NCBI GenBank assembly: GCA_000004695.1
Contig: CM000153.2
Span: forward strand, 4,576,001 to 4,640,000
DNA: 64,000 nt
Direction: 5' to 3'
Origin: Dictyostelium discoideum
Lineage: Eukaryota
Below are positions 12,612-23,318 of this stretch, one piece after another. The notes beneath the pieces are model-generated. The model was not told where the DNA came from. It saw nothing but the letters and a program-made list of their open reading frames with translations, and did not search any database. Position 1 is the first letter of the stretch, and the number at the start of each line of letters is the position of its first letter. Both the position numbers and the translations under genes were made by a program.

Positions 12612-14411
12612 ATTAAATCAAATGAATCAAGTGATGAAGATTTTGAAGAAAATAAAAATAAAAAAAAGAAAACATCAGGACCAGGTAGAAAGAAAGGTTC
12701 AACATCAATGCAACAATCAACTATAAACTATGGTAGTAGTCGTAGGAATAGAGGTGCATCAATTGAGAATGATGATGATTTTAATGATGGTTATGATGAA
12801 GATTTATATAAAGATGATAATGATAGATATGAACTTTCATTATTACCAGAAATTGATAGAGAAAATATATTATCAGAAAGATATGAAAAGAGAAAAGAAG
12901 CAAGAGAACTTTGGTTACAACAAAAATCAATTAGAGATAGAGAAAAGAAATCTGGTTCACAAGTTGACAATAAATTAAAATCACAATCATCAACTAGAGG
13001 ACGTAGTGAAAAAGAGGATAGACAAAGAGAAGCATTAAAAGATTTACAAAAGAAAAGAGAGAAATCTAAAAAAGATAAAGAAGAGGAGGAGGATAGCGGC
13101 GGTGGTGGTGGTGGCGGTACTACAGGTAGTGCATCAAGTAGTAATAATAACACACCAACTTCATTATCAGCCAATTCAACACCAAAAACTTCATCATCAA
13201 GAATTGAACAAGATAATCGTGATAGAGGTAGAGAAAAAGAGAGAGAACGTGAGCGTGAACGTGAACGTGAAAGAAATATAGAGAAAGAGATTCAAAGATC
13301 AGTTGATACATTAAATATCAACTTAATGAATCAATGTAGATTATCAAGAAATATGTTGGTTAAATGGGTTGATCAACCTTATTTTGAAAGGTATGCACCA
13401 AACTTTTTCGTACGTGTTGTTATTGGTTCACATTTAAATAATCCAATCTATAGAATTGCAGAGATTGTTGAAATTCGTACAGGTCATAAACAATATAAAG
13501 TAGAGAATAAAGAAACTGATAAACTTTTGGTACTATCCTATGCTGGCTCAACTAAAGAGTTTGGTATTGAGAATGTTTCAAATAATGCAATCACACCAGC
13601 CGAACACGAGAAATGGATCTCTGATATGGTACGTGCTAAACAAGTTTTACCAACACCTGAAGAGATTGATATGAAGATTGGTGATATTAAGAAAGCTCAA
13701 GATTATACCTACACCAATGAAGATATTGAAAAGAGAGCATCTGACAGAAGTAAATATCTAAAGACTCCTGTCAATATTGCCATTGAAAAGGCGAAATCAA
13801 TTGCACTTCGTGAAACATTGGATCCACAATCACAAGAATATAGAACCATTTGTGAGAAAATTGAAGAGTTGACAAAGTTGGCAATAAGCATTAAAGAAGA
13901 GAATGTTTCAAAGGTTGATCAATTAATTCAAACCATTAATAAAAAGAATAAATCATTAAACTTTAAATATCAATCAACTACTCAAACTTCAACTGAACAA
14001 GTTTCAAATGAATTTGATCCATTTGCAAGAAGAAAAACTAGAAATTGTGCTGTAGTTGCTGCTGATACTTCAAGTATAGTCATTTCACCAACCAATTCTA
14101 CAACTCCAACTACTACCAGTCCAATTAATGCTACTTTATCACCATCTGCTCAATTTTTAGAGAAATCAAAAAATTCAACTACCACCACTTCCACTAATGA
14201 TTCTAATAATACTCGTTCACTTTATGACGTTCATAGATCAATCGATTTAAATATTCATATTCCTGATCATCCAAATAAAATTTTATCAATGCAACCAAAA
14301 AGGAAAAGACAAATCATTCCTGCAAATATTGTTAAAAATGATCATTCAATGTTTAAAAATATTTTATCATTAAATGAATATTTAATTAAAAGAGATTCAA
14401 TGGTTCAATAA
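12612..14411 (+). CDS. rtf1: RTF1 exon 2 (contains the Plus3 domain)
   Basis: After the TATAG acceptor at 12607-12611 the frame reads IKSNESSDEDF...DDDFNDGYDEDLYKDDNDRYELSLLPEIDRENILSERYEKR (RTF1 N-terminal LESLPEMEREMILAERAEKR motif). Further on is the Plus3 domain NQCRLSRNMLVKWVDQPYFERYAPNFFVRVVIGSHLNNPIYRIAEIVEI...LVLSYAGSTKEFGIENVSNNAITPAEHEKWISDMVRAKQVLPTPEEI. This matches the human RTF1 Plus3 region ([36 protein letters not shown]...). Confidence 0.85.
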   Translation: MKSNESSDEDFEENKNKKKKTSGPGRKKGSTSMQQSTINYGSSRRNRGASIENDDDFNDGYDEDLYKDDNDRYELSLLPEIDRENILSERYEKRKEARELWLQQKSIRDREKKSGSQVDNKLKSQSSTRGRSEKEDRQREALKDLQKKREKSKKDKEEEEDSGGGGGGGTTGSASSSNNNTPTSLSANSTPKTSSSRIEQDNRDRGREKERERERERERERNIEKEIQRSVDTLNINLMNQCRLSRNMLVKWVDQPYFERYAPNFFVRVVIGSHLNNPIYRIAEIVEIRTGHKQYKVENKETDKLLVLSYAGSTKEFGIENVSNNAITPAEHEKWISDMVRAKQVLPTPEEIDMKIGDIKKAQDYTYTNEDIEKRASDRSKYLKTPVNIAIEKAKSIALRETLDPQSQEYRTICEKIEELTKLAISIKEENVSKVDQLIQTINKKNKSLNFKYQSTTQTSTEQVSNEFDPFARRKTRNCAVVAADTSSIVISPTNSTTPTTTSPINATLSPSAQFLEKSKNSTTTTSTNDSNNTRSLYDVHRSIDLNIHIPDHPNKILSMQPKRKRQIIPANIVKNDHSMFKNILSLNEYLIKRDSMVQ

Positions 14412-14676
14412 AATAAAATAATAAAAAAAATAAATAAAAAAAAAAGAATATTAATCTTGAAATACAATATATTTGTTTTGTTTTTTTTAGCAATTAATAA
14501 AATTAAATAAATTTGTAATAGGTTGATAATGTTTTCTATTTTCAAGCAAAACACCAAATATTTAAATAAAAGTAATAATAAAAGAAAACACACAATAAAA
14601 AAATCATTTTAAAATATACATATATTATTATTTTTTTTTGATGTTTTTTGAAAAAAAAAATTTATTTATTCAAATC

Positions 14677-15594
14677 TTAATCAAAGAGACCCATACCCAT
14701 ATCATCATCTGATTCTTCTTTCTTTTCTTCGACGACGACTTTCTTGGCAGCGGCAGCTGGAGCAGCAGCGGATGGAGCGGCAGCAACTGGGGCAGCAGCA
14801 GCGGCTGATTTGAATTTTTCAGCAGCATCGAAAGTGTAAGAGGTTTCGAATGAGATGGCTAATAAATTCTTGAAAGCATTCATGACTGAATGTGGAATTG
14901 AAGCAACGGTTGGGTAACCAATTTCCAAGGAGATGGCAGCAATGTTGAAGATACCTTGTTTGAATTTGTTGATGAGATCTTCTTCAGAGATAGATGGTGA
15001 ATAACAGGCACCAGCATCATAGATGATTTTTGGTTCTAAACCATAGGTGAATGGTTTGATGTTCAATTTTTGTAAGAGGGTAGCTTCTGAGGCACCAACT
15101 TTTTGACCGGTTTTAATGATGTGGACTTCATTGACGATATCGATTTGACCTCTGTTGATTTTAGTGGCAATCTTTAAATCTTGGAGGAAAGAGGTTTGGG
15201 TTGGTTCCATACCAGTTGGACCGGCTGGGATGATAACATCGTTTGGAGCGAAAACACCTGCTTTAGCTGGGGCACCAACACGTTGAGTATTGATAACACG
15301 TTTAACTTCAGCGATGTTATCTTTACAGAAAATGATACAGGTGTTTTGTTTTAAGTAGGTATTTAAGGCATCGAGTTCTGGTTTAGAATCAGCTAAATCA
15401 CGGATGACCTTACGGATCATAGTCTTCTTACCCATGAGAACGGCACCGATACCACGGATGGATTTTCTGATCTTTTGTAATTGGCTTGAACCTACAAAAT
15501 CAGCTTCGGCGACGATCATTTTGTCGTAAGTGGTGAAAAGCTTGGTAGCTTTTTCAATGAAAACGTTCTTTCTTTTACTTCCTGCCCCGGACAT
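14677..15594 (-). CDS. rplp0: 60S acidic ribosomal protein P0 (uL10)
   Basis: The 305-aa ORF is colinear with eukaryotic P0, for example IRKSIRGIGAVLMGKKTMIRKVIRDLADSKPELDALNTYLKQNTCIIFCKDNIAEVK and the C-terminal EESDDDMGMGLFD P-protein tail. Local GC content and codon bias are distinctly higher than in neighbouring genes (a highly expressed gene signature). Confidence 0.95.
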   Translation of the reverse strand: MSGAGSKRKNVFIEKATKLFTTYDKMIVAEADFVGSSQLQKIRKSIRGIGAVLMGKKTMIRKVIRDLADSKPELDALNTYLKQNTCIIFCKDNIAEVKRVINTQRVGAPAKAGVFAPNDVIIPAGPTGMEPTQTSFLQDLKIATKINRGQIDIVNEVHIIKTGQKVGASEATLLQKLNIKPFTYGLEPKIIYDAGACYSPSISEEDLINKFKQGIFNIAAISLEIGYPTVASIPHSVMNAFKNLLAISFETSYTFDAAEKFKSAAAAAPVAAAPSAAAPAAAAKKVVVEEKKEESDDDMGMGLFD

Positions 15595-16515
15595 CTTGTT
15601 GTGTATGAGAATTTAAAGATAAAGTCTGATAATAATAAAAATTATAATTAATATTCAATCCTTTATCAATTATTTTTTTTTTTTTCTAATCTAATCTTTA
15701 ATCTTTATAGATATATGATCAAATTAATGTCATAGTTTCGTTAAAGATTAAAGATTAAATATGTGATATGTAATCATCTCTGTCTAACTATCCATCAATC
15801 TCAATCAATATAAAATTATACATACAATACTGAGACTAAACTTTGAAAAAAAAAAAAAAAAAATTTTTATAGCCCCGCACAAAATTTTTGGAAACGAAAA
15901 AAAAAAAAAAATTTTCTCAATTTTTTCAGCATATCCCCATAAAAATAATAACGTTTGATTATTTATTTATGAATGTAAATAATCTATTTATATTTTCAGA
16001 TAAAATTCTCAAAAATTAAAATTATATATAAATAATATATAATATCTTTTAAAAAATTCAAATAAAAAAGAGATTAATTTTTTGAGATATAAAAAATTAA
16101 AATAATTATTATATTATAATAATAAAAAAAAAAAAAAAGGAAATAAAAATACAAGAAAGAAATACAAATTATATTAAATAAATAAAGGTATTTATTTTCA
16201 CCCCTACCACTTCTTTTTCTTTATTTTTTTTTTATTTTTTTTTATTTTTATTTTTTTTTTATTTTTTTTATTTTTTTTTTATTTTTTAAAATTTGTTTTT
16301 TATTTTTTATTTTTTAAAATTTATTTTTTATTAAAAAAAAAACAAAACGGAAAAAAAGACAAAAAAGATATTATAACATAAAATAGTTTATTTTTTTCTT
16401 ATTATCATATAAAAAAATAAAAAATTTTAAAAGAAAAAAAATAAAAAAAATAAAAAAATAAAACAATAAAGCAATATTATTAAAAATAAAAAAAAAGTTA
16501 AAATTAAATAATAGT

Positions 16516-16585
<70 letters not shown>

Positions 16586-16586
16586 T

Positions 16587-17541
16587 ATGGAAAATAAAGA
16601 AACTACAACAACAACAACTACAACAAATAATGGTAGTGATAAAAAAAAAAGAAGTTTAAAAATTGATTTACATACACATATTTTACCAAAGAATTGGCCA
16701 AATTTAAAAGAGAAATATGGTTATGGTGGATGGGTGTCGTTAGATCATCATTGTTCATGTAAAGCAAAGATGATGATAGATGGTAAATTTTTTAGAGAGA
16801 TCGATAGTAATTGTTGGGATCCAGATGTAAGAATTCAAGAGTTAAATAGGGACGATGTTGATATCCAAGTTTTATCGACAGTACCAGTCATGTTTGGGTA
16901 TTGGGCCAAACCTCAAGATGCATTAGATTTAGCACAATATTTAAACGATCATATAGCACAAGTAGTATCAGAGAACCCAAAACGTTTCATTGGTTTAGGA
17001 AGTTTGCCAATGCAATGCACAGAGTCATCGATTCAAGAGTTACGTCGTTGCATTTTAGAGTTGGGTTTACCAGGTATTCAAATTGGTAGCAATGTAAATG
17101 GAAAGAATTTGGACGACCCATCTTTATTCCCAATCTTTGAGGAATGTGAGAAATTAGGTGCTGCAGTTTTCATTCATCCTTGGGAAATGGTGGGTAAAGA
17201 TAGAATGCCACAATATTGGTTACCTTGGTTAGTAGGTATGCCTGCTGAAACTTGTTTAGCCATTTGTTCAATGATTTTCGGTGGAGTTTTCCAACGTTTA
17301 CCAAATTTAAAGGTTTGTTTTGCTCATGGTGGTGGCTCATTTCCCTTTACTATTGGACGTATCGAACATGGTTTTAATGCTCGTCCAGATTTATGTGCTG
17401 TCGTTAATCCAATTAATCCTCGTGAATACATTGGTAAATTTTGGGTTGATTCTTTAGTTCACGATGAAGAAGCTCTTAAATTTTTAGTAAATTTAATGGG
17501 TGAAAAAAAGGTAACATTAGGTACTGATTATCCATTTCCTT
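16587..17541 (+). CDS. 2-amino-3-carboxymuconate-6-semialdehyde decarboxylase (ACMSD, amidohydrolase-2 family) exon 1
   Basis: KIDLHTHILPKNWPNL, then GWVSLDHH, then DVRIQELNRDDVDIQVLSTVPVMFGYWAKPQDALDLAQYLNDHIAQVVSENPKRFIGLGSLPMQ, then HPWEM, then FAHGGGSFPFTIGRIEHGF, then GTDYPFP. This is the colinear ACMSD metal-binding pattern. GTAAGT is at 17542. Confidence 0.85.
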
Positions 17542-17636
17542 GTAAGTAAAATTTAATTTTTTTTTTTATTATATATATATATTCACCAAGAGAGAAATAT
17601 TAATTACTTTTTTTTTTTTTAAAAAAACTTCAAAAG

Positions 17637-17761
17637 TGGGCGAATTAGTTCCTGGTCAATTAATTGAATCAATTAAAGAATTTAGCGAAACAACTAAAGA
17701 AAATCTTTTAGGTGGTAATGCATTGGAATTTTTGGGGTTGGATCCAAATAAATATTTATAA
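17637..17761 (+). CDS. ACMSD exon 2 (C-terminus)
   Basis: Splicing T|TG reconstitutes Leu and gives DYPFP-L-GELVPGQLIESIKEFSETTKENLLGGNALEFLGLDPNKYL*. Compare human DYPFPLGELEPGKLIESMEEFDEETKNKLKAGNALAFLGL. The intron is 95 nt. Confidence 0.8.
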
Positions 17762-18245
17762 ATACATACATTGTTTTTTTTTTTTTTTTTTTTAGAAACT
17801 TTTTTTAAATTTTTTTTTTTCTTTAAAAAAAAAAAACAAATACAAAAAAATAAAATAAAATAAAAACAAAGGAAAATATTTTAATTTTATTCTTTTATTT
17901 TTTTATTTTTTTTTATACCTATTAAAGTTAAATCTTGATTTTTACCATTGGTGTTTTAGCAATATTTAAACAATTAACAATTTTTATTTTTTATTTATTT
18001 TTCTCAATTAAGTGTAATAGGTTTTGTTTTTTATTGTTTCCAAATCTTTAAAATAAAGTATTTATTATATTTGTAATTATGTTTTTTTTTTATATTTCCT
18101 ATTTTTGGTATTGTTTTTGAAATAAAATTAATTTTATTTTCATTTTTATTTTTTTGACAATTAAACTTTAAATAAAAAATTTAAAAATCTTATTGAAATA
18201 TAAATTAATATTTAAAATTGTTTTATTTTATTTTAAAGGTGGTTT

Positions 18246-19140
18246 TTAAAGTTTTGTACCAACACCAATATAACTGTATGATTTTAATTGTAATTTATTA
18301 TTTTCTAAAGATCTTTTTGGATTTTTTGATTTTGCAATTTCAATAAATAGTGAATCAAATTTTAATTTTAATTCATCAGTATGCAATAGATCTAAACAAT
18401 CAACATATGCAGGATTACTTTTTAATAATATTGAGAGATCTGATAATTCATTTACTTCTAATGGATGTTCAATTCTTGTAATTGAAACATCAATAAAACC
18501 AACTGATTCTAAATGATTTTTAAATTCCAATTCATTTGAAAGTGATGATGCCAATTGTTTGTGAGTTGTTGGTTTACCATTATTTTGTTCTGTTAATAAT
18601 TGATTTAAAGTTTCTCTAAAGATTTCTGGTAAAAATGAATCGGAGCACCATGATGCAATTGCGGTACGACTTTGATTATTTGATTTTAAAACTCTGTACA
18701 TTTCTTTCATGCCTTTTATTAAATCTGGAAAGAAAATTAATCCAAATATACTAAATGTATAATCAATTGAATCATTTTCAATTGAAATTAAATTCTGACC
18801 ATCCATTATATGGGTTTCAATATTTTTTAAATCATTTTCTTTAATGATTTTATAAAGAATTTCAATCATATTTGTTGAGAAATCAGTTGCAATAAATTTG
18901 GAGTTTTTTAAAAATTTCATTCGCTACAATTGTTAATGGTCCTGTACCACATGCAATGTCTAATATTTTCATTGGTTTTTCTTGATTTTCTTTTGGAATT
19001 GTTAAATTTATTGCATCAATTGCAAAAAGAGTTGTAAATCCAGTTGGTTTTGCAAAATTGTTTAAAAAAACTTGGGCAGTTTTATCCCATCCTTTTGATG
19101 ATGTTTGATTTAAATTGCTTTGAATATTTTCTAATGACAT
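18246..19140 (-). CDS. Class I SAM-dependent methyltransferase; the reading frame is broken by an apparent 1-nt frameshift near 18915-18925
   Basis: Upstream ORF (18883..19140): ...GWDKTAQVFLNNFAKPTGFTTLFAIDAINLTIPKENQEKPMKILDIACGTGPLTIVANE. This is SAM-binding motif I (DIACGTG). Downstream ORF (18246..18920) continues in another frame with (E)FLKNSKFIATDFS...IMDGQNL (motif II/post-I). The two overlap by 38 nt. Deleting one A from the run in GCGAATGAAATTTTTAAAAAACTCC joins them as ...IVANEFLKNSKFIATDFS. Confidence 0.6.
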
Positions 19141-20365
19141 TATTAAAAATAAAAAAAATTAAAAAAAAAAAAAAAAATTTTTTGATAAAAATAGATGTTG
19201 TGGAAAAAAAAAAAAAAAAAAAAAAATAATTCAAGTTTCTTTTTTTTTTTGGAAATCAAAAAGAAGTTTATTTTAGAATAAATAAATATAAATTATATTT
19301 TTTTTTGGGTTTTTTTTTTTTTTCGATATTTTGAAACCAATCCCAATAAAACTAAAGGTTTATAATTATTTTTTTTTATTACCTAAAAATCTTTTTTTGA
19401 TTTTTTGATTTTACAATTTCAATCCAAATTTTATATTTTATTCATTGAACTGTAGTTCTTTTATAATGAGAATGGAATATTTTATATTAGTTATTTATTT
19501 ATTATTTCATTTGTTGGAATTGCAGGTGAAAAGAAAACAACAGGATTTCCCCATAATAATAAACTGGTAACAAGCAATTGAAATTTTTTGATGGGTCGCG
19601 ACGTTTATAAATTTATTCTCCATATCAACCATTCTTGAAATGATTACAGAGTTTTACCATTCTCACCAATTGCAGTGTCTGTGGTATTTGGACCTGCATG
19701 ATCCAATAAAGTTAGTGGATTTGGTATTTGAATATTCATTCTATTTTTAAATTTGTGAGGGTGAATGTATTTTTTTGCGTTTTTTTGCGGTGTTTTGCCT
19801 TTTTTATAAATAATAGGGACCATTTTTTCTAAAAAAAACCAAATATAATAAATTAGGTGTACTGGTTTATTGAATTTAATTATAATTATTATAATAAGAT
19901 AAACAAAAAAGAGATTAATAGTTTATTTGTATATTTAAGATAGTAAAGAAAACACAATGATTTTGATTTTTATTTAATATTTTTAGAGTATTTATATTAA
20001 TTTTTTTGAGTACCAGGATTAACCTTCTAAAGTCAGTTAGTATTTAATATTATTTATTGTAACGACAAACCTTCTAAAGTCGGTTATGACTAGTAACTGA
20101 ATTATATTATGATTCTTATGATTTCCATATTAATATCAATACATAAATCCAAGTTAGTTTTTTTTTTTTTTTAATAACATCACTCAATTTGAGTGTGTTC
20201 TAGGAGAGTTTATTTGTTTTTTTTTTTTTTTTTTTTTTTTTTCTTTTTTTCTTGTTATTCTTATTTTTTTTTTTATTATTATTATTATTATATTATTATT
20301 ATTATTATATTATTATTATTATATTATTATTATTATTATATTATTATTATTATTATTATTGTTAT

Positions 20366-20404
<39 letters not shown>

Positions 20405-20409
<5 letters not shown>

Positions 20410-21722
20410 AGTAGTTGGTGTTATATGAGCAGTATGGTATGAAGTGTTCCGGGATGTTTATGGTCATGAGTTTCGAGTTCCAGTTGTGGCTGAATTTTTC
20501 GAGTCTTCTTTTTATTGATGCGGTCCGATTGATTGACTCTCGGTTATCAGTGCATCTTAGTTCTTGACGTAGTTGTTTTTCTACTATCTTTCTTGTTCTA
20601 TCCCATTCGGCATCTCTCGCTTTTTTGATTTTATGAATTATTTGGTTCTCTGTTATTATTGTAGTGTTATCGTTGAATTTTATTTGATTTCTTCTGTACC
20701 ATATCGATTCCATAATGGCTCCTATCAGATTTGATGAGAATGGTGTGAGTAGTTTTCCGAGAACTTTTTCGCTCCATGGACCGTGGTAAGTGTTGTTGGA
20801 GTCTTTACAGACCTTTTGATAGATTGAGTCGATATTCTGTTTTATTGATTTGCATTCGAAGAAGATGTGCATAGACGATTCTTCTTCTTTACATGAGTGG
20901 CAATTCTCCCCATGGTGTTTTGGAAGTGCCTTGAGTAGATATCTCCATGCTAAGTCTCTTCCTTTGATAGTTGTGATTGATCTGGCTTCTCTGAATGGTA
21001 GAATTGGGTGATTAATGTTCTTTTGAATCAGTTTTTGACCTGTTGTTGGCTGGTGTTTGTTCCATCCCTTGTATTTGATATCCATCATGTTTCTATAGAT
21101 TACTTTTAATTTTTGTTTGTTTTCGTATTTGGGTTTGACTTGGTTTAGTTTGAGAGTTATTCGCTCTCTTGGGTGGTGCAACAACTTCCAGGCTTTCCAG
21201 CATTTGATGTGAATCCTTGATAGTGAGTTTTCTTTTTCCGACTTCCAGACTTCCATATGTGGAGGGCAGTTCTGGTCGTCTTTTTCTCTGAGGTATTGTT
21301 CGTATATCCATGCTTTCTGGGCATTGGATCTGGTTGCCATATTCCAGAGTTCCAGGCCTCCAATTTCATAGTCTCTTCTGCTCCTTTCTTTTGAGATAGC
21401 CCACCTGTCCCCTTTGAATAACATGTTGGCATTAACGTTCTCCAGTTTCTTTATGTCATTTATTTCGTTGATGTATAGTTGGAATGTTAGTTGGGACAGC
21501 AGGTATGATTTGAGGATTGTGATTCTACCTTTTAGCGTTGATGACACGCTCGAATAGCATTTTGTGAGGTTTTCCAGTTTGTTCACCGTATCATCTACTT
21601 TGCTTATTACACCTTTGCGGTTGAAGAAAAAGCCAAGATATCTTTCTTCTTCTTTCGCCCCAATTGTCTTATATTTGGTCTTTATCTTTGGGTTTTTAGT
21701 GATGCACACACATTTATTATCG
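20405..21722 (-). CDS. Retrotransposon ORF2, C-terminal (post-RT) portion; N-terminal part lost in the assembly gap
   Basis: 438 real codons before the N-run. It has cysteine/histidine-rich stretches (HHGENCHSCKEEESSMHIFFECKS) as in LINE ORF2 C-terminal zinc-knuckle-like regions. It is similar to the second element in the window. Confidence 0.6.
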
Positions 21723-21822
21723 NNNNNNNNNNNNNNNNNNNNNNNNNNNNNNNNNNNNNNNNNNNNNNNNNNNNNNNNNNNNNNNNNNNNNNNNNNNNNN
21801 NNNNNNNNNNNNNNNNNNNNNN
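21723..21822. other. Assembly gap (100 N) inside the TRE5-type element
   Basis: Run of exactly 100 N. By convention this is a gap of unknown size. The RT/APE part of the element and any ORF1 are presumably hidden here. Confidence 0.95.
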
Positions 21823-22260
21823 AAGTGTTGTTGTTGATGTTTTTTCTCTTACTGATTATTTTTTCCTTTTTTTTGAAAATTTTGCGAAGCAAAATTTTCA
21901 AAAAAAAGAAAAAAATAAATTACAATAAAATAAAGAAATAAAGAAGTTTACTCTAAGTGTATTTTATTTTATTTTTTTTAAGTCTTTTTTTTATATGAAA
22001 AATGAAATAATCAAATAAAAAAAGTGTTGTTGTTGATGTTTTTTCTCTTACTGATTATTTTTTCCTTTTTTTTGAAAATTTTGCGAAGCAAAATTTTCAA
22101 AAAAAAGAAAAAAATAAATTACAATAAAATAAAGAAATAAAGAAGTTTACTCTAAGTGTATTTTATTTTATTTTTTTTAAGTCTTTTTTTTATATGAAAA
22201 ATGAAATAATCAAATAAAAAAAGTGTTGTTGTTGATGTTTTTTCTCTTACTCGTTAGTTT
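21823..22260. repeat. Tandem repeat, 199-bp unit x about 2.2 (copies start at 21823, 22022, 22221). Candidate duplicated 5' A-module/promoter module of the TRE5-type element.
   Basis: The unit AAGTGTTGTTGTTGATGTTTTTTCTCTTACTGATTATTTTTTCC...GAAATAATCAAATAAAAA repeats with a period of exactly 199 nt. The third copy diverges after 30 nt (..CTTACTCGTTAGTTTT) and ends about 34 bp before the tRNA. Confidence 0.85.
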
Positions 22261-22293
22261 TAATATGGTGAATTTTTATTCAAATTTCACCAA

Positions 22294-22367
22294 GCCTTAG
22301 TAGCTCAGTTGGTACGAGCGTGAGACTGAAGATCTTAAGGTCGCTGGTTCGATCCCGGCCTGAGGCA
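22294..22367 (+). tRNA. tRNA-Phe (anticodon GAA)
   Basis: GCCTTAGTAGCTCAGTTGGTACGAGCGTGAGACTGAAGATCTTAAGGTCGCTGGTTCGATCCCGGCCTGAGGCA. The acceptor stem GCCTTAG/CTGAGGC has one G-U pair. The D-arm is GCTCAGTTGGTA..GAGC. The anticodon loop is CTGAAGA. The T-arm is GGTTCGATCC with the discriminator A (box A/box B consensus). It is almost identical to canonical eukaryotic tRNA-Phe. Confidence 0.92.
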
Positions 22368-22438
22368 AATTTTTTATTTCACACCCCCCAAAATACAGAT
22401 CGCATGTTCGACTCCCATATAAAAATATAGAAAAAACC

Positions 22439-22456
22439 ATTTCACCCACAGTTAAA
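22439..22456 (+). repeat. 5' target-site duplication (ATTTCACCCACAGTTAAA) of the downstream retroelement
   Basis: Perfect 18/18 match with 25042..25059. The 5' copy lies immediately before the ORF1 ATG. The 3' copy lies immediately after an A16 tail. Confidence 0.8.
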
Positions 22457-23122
22457 ATGAATTTTTTCGATAAACTTAAAGGTGAACTCAACTTTGGCGA
22501 AGAAGAGTTAAATAAAAAAACTATTCAAATAAGGTTATTCTACCCACATACCTTGGAATTGAATAGTAATTCAACAAAATTAATAGATAATTTCATAGTT
22601 AATGGTACTCTTAACATTGTCAGAAGACAAAAGGGTATAACAGTATTCGGTAGAATACTAAAAGAAAAATTCACATTATTACACGAGTGTTACAGCACTT
22701 TCAAGTATGAAGATTTTCCACTGCAAAAATTCATACTTTACACCCCAGGATATCACTATGTCCACTTTTACACATTTACAAAAAACATAATAAAAAAAAT
22801 AAACAATCAAATGGTAAAAGAAAACTGGGGATTGGAGCCATTACTAATAGATGAATGCAACATAGTACTGCTACCAGATGTGATTAGATATTCATGCATA
22901 CTATTATTTAATAAAGAAGATGATATCTCAATCATTGATGCTATAAAAGGTAGTAAGCATCCAATAAGAGCCTTCATCTCTGAATATAACAATAAAGAAA
23001 TAAGAGATGTTAGAAAAAAAAAAACACAAGTAATAAAAACCAACAACCAACAACTACAAATACAACTAAATCAATACCATCAACTCCACCAACAACTAAT
23101 GCATCAACAACCACACCAATAA
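22457..23122 (+). CDS. Retrotransposon ORF1 (221 aa)
   Basis: First ORF of the element, starting exactly at the TSD boundary. It has a Gln/His-rich C-terminus. I have no recognisable domain by eye. Confidence 0.5.
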   Translation: MNFFDKLKGELNFGEEELNKKTIQIRLFYPHTLELNSNSTKLIDNFIVNGTLNIVRRQKGITVFGRILKEKFTLLHECYSTFKYEDFPLQKFILYTPGYHYVHFYTFTKNIIKKINNQMVKENWGLEPLLIDECNIVLLPDVIRYSCILLFNKEDDISIIDAIKGSKHPIRAFISEYNNKEIRDVRKKKTQVIKTNNQQLQIQLNQYHQLHQQLMHQQPHQ

Positions 23123-23318
23123 CAACCACACCAATAACAACCACACAAACAACAACCACACCAACAACAACCACACATCAATTACCAACAAGCAATACAA
23201 CAATCTACAACCTAAACAAAACTACTACTACTACTACTACTACTACTACAAAACCTATCAATAAAATTACTACAAGCAATGGTACCAAGTTTCCAATTGC
23301 CAGTAGTATTAGAAAATA

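Larger units (their letters stand above)
20375..22260 (-). mobile_element. tRNA-gene-targeted non-LTR retrotransposon of TRE5 type. The 3' ORF2 end plus oligo(A) lies at the low-coordinate end. Tandem ~199-bp 5' modules lie at the high-coordinate end, about 35-45 bp upstream of tRNA-Phe. The interior is interrupted by a 100-N gap.
   Basis: A minus-strand ORF covers 20405..21722 and is homologous to the C-terminal region of the reverse-transcriptase ORF at 61483..63599 (ERYLGFFFNRKGV.. vs ERYLGYFFTGKGI..). Its stop codon is followed directly by oligo(A) (plus-strand T-run 20375-20404). The 2.2 tandem copies at 21823-22260 resemble duplicated A-modules of TRE5-A. Position and orientation relative to the tRNA fit the known TRE5 upstream-of-tRNA insertion preference. 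The 3' boundary could extend to about 20220. Confidence 0.6.

Noticed and set aside
12730-13311. Small ORFs overlapping RTF1 in other frames or on the antisense strand (12730-12978, 12791-13174, 13120-13311, 13709-13891)
   Set aside because: They lie inside a well-supported RTF1 coding exon and are compositionally biased. They are not independent genes.
21564-21941. ORFs containing runs of X (21564-21941, 63485-63730, 63591-63911) and the N-terminal X-containing parts of 20405-21901 and 61483-63861
   Set aside because: They span 100-N assembly gaps. Translation through N is meaningless.
21823-22260. Possibility that the 199-bp tandem array is a CRISPR-like or satellite array
   Set aside because: This is a eukaryotic sequence. 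The units are 199 bp with no spacer/repeat alternation. The array abuts a LINE ORF2 and a tRNA gene, which fits a retroelement 5' module.
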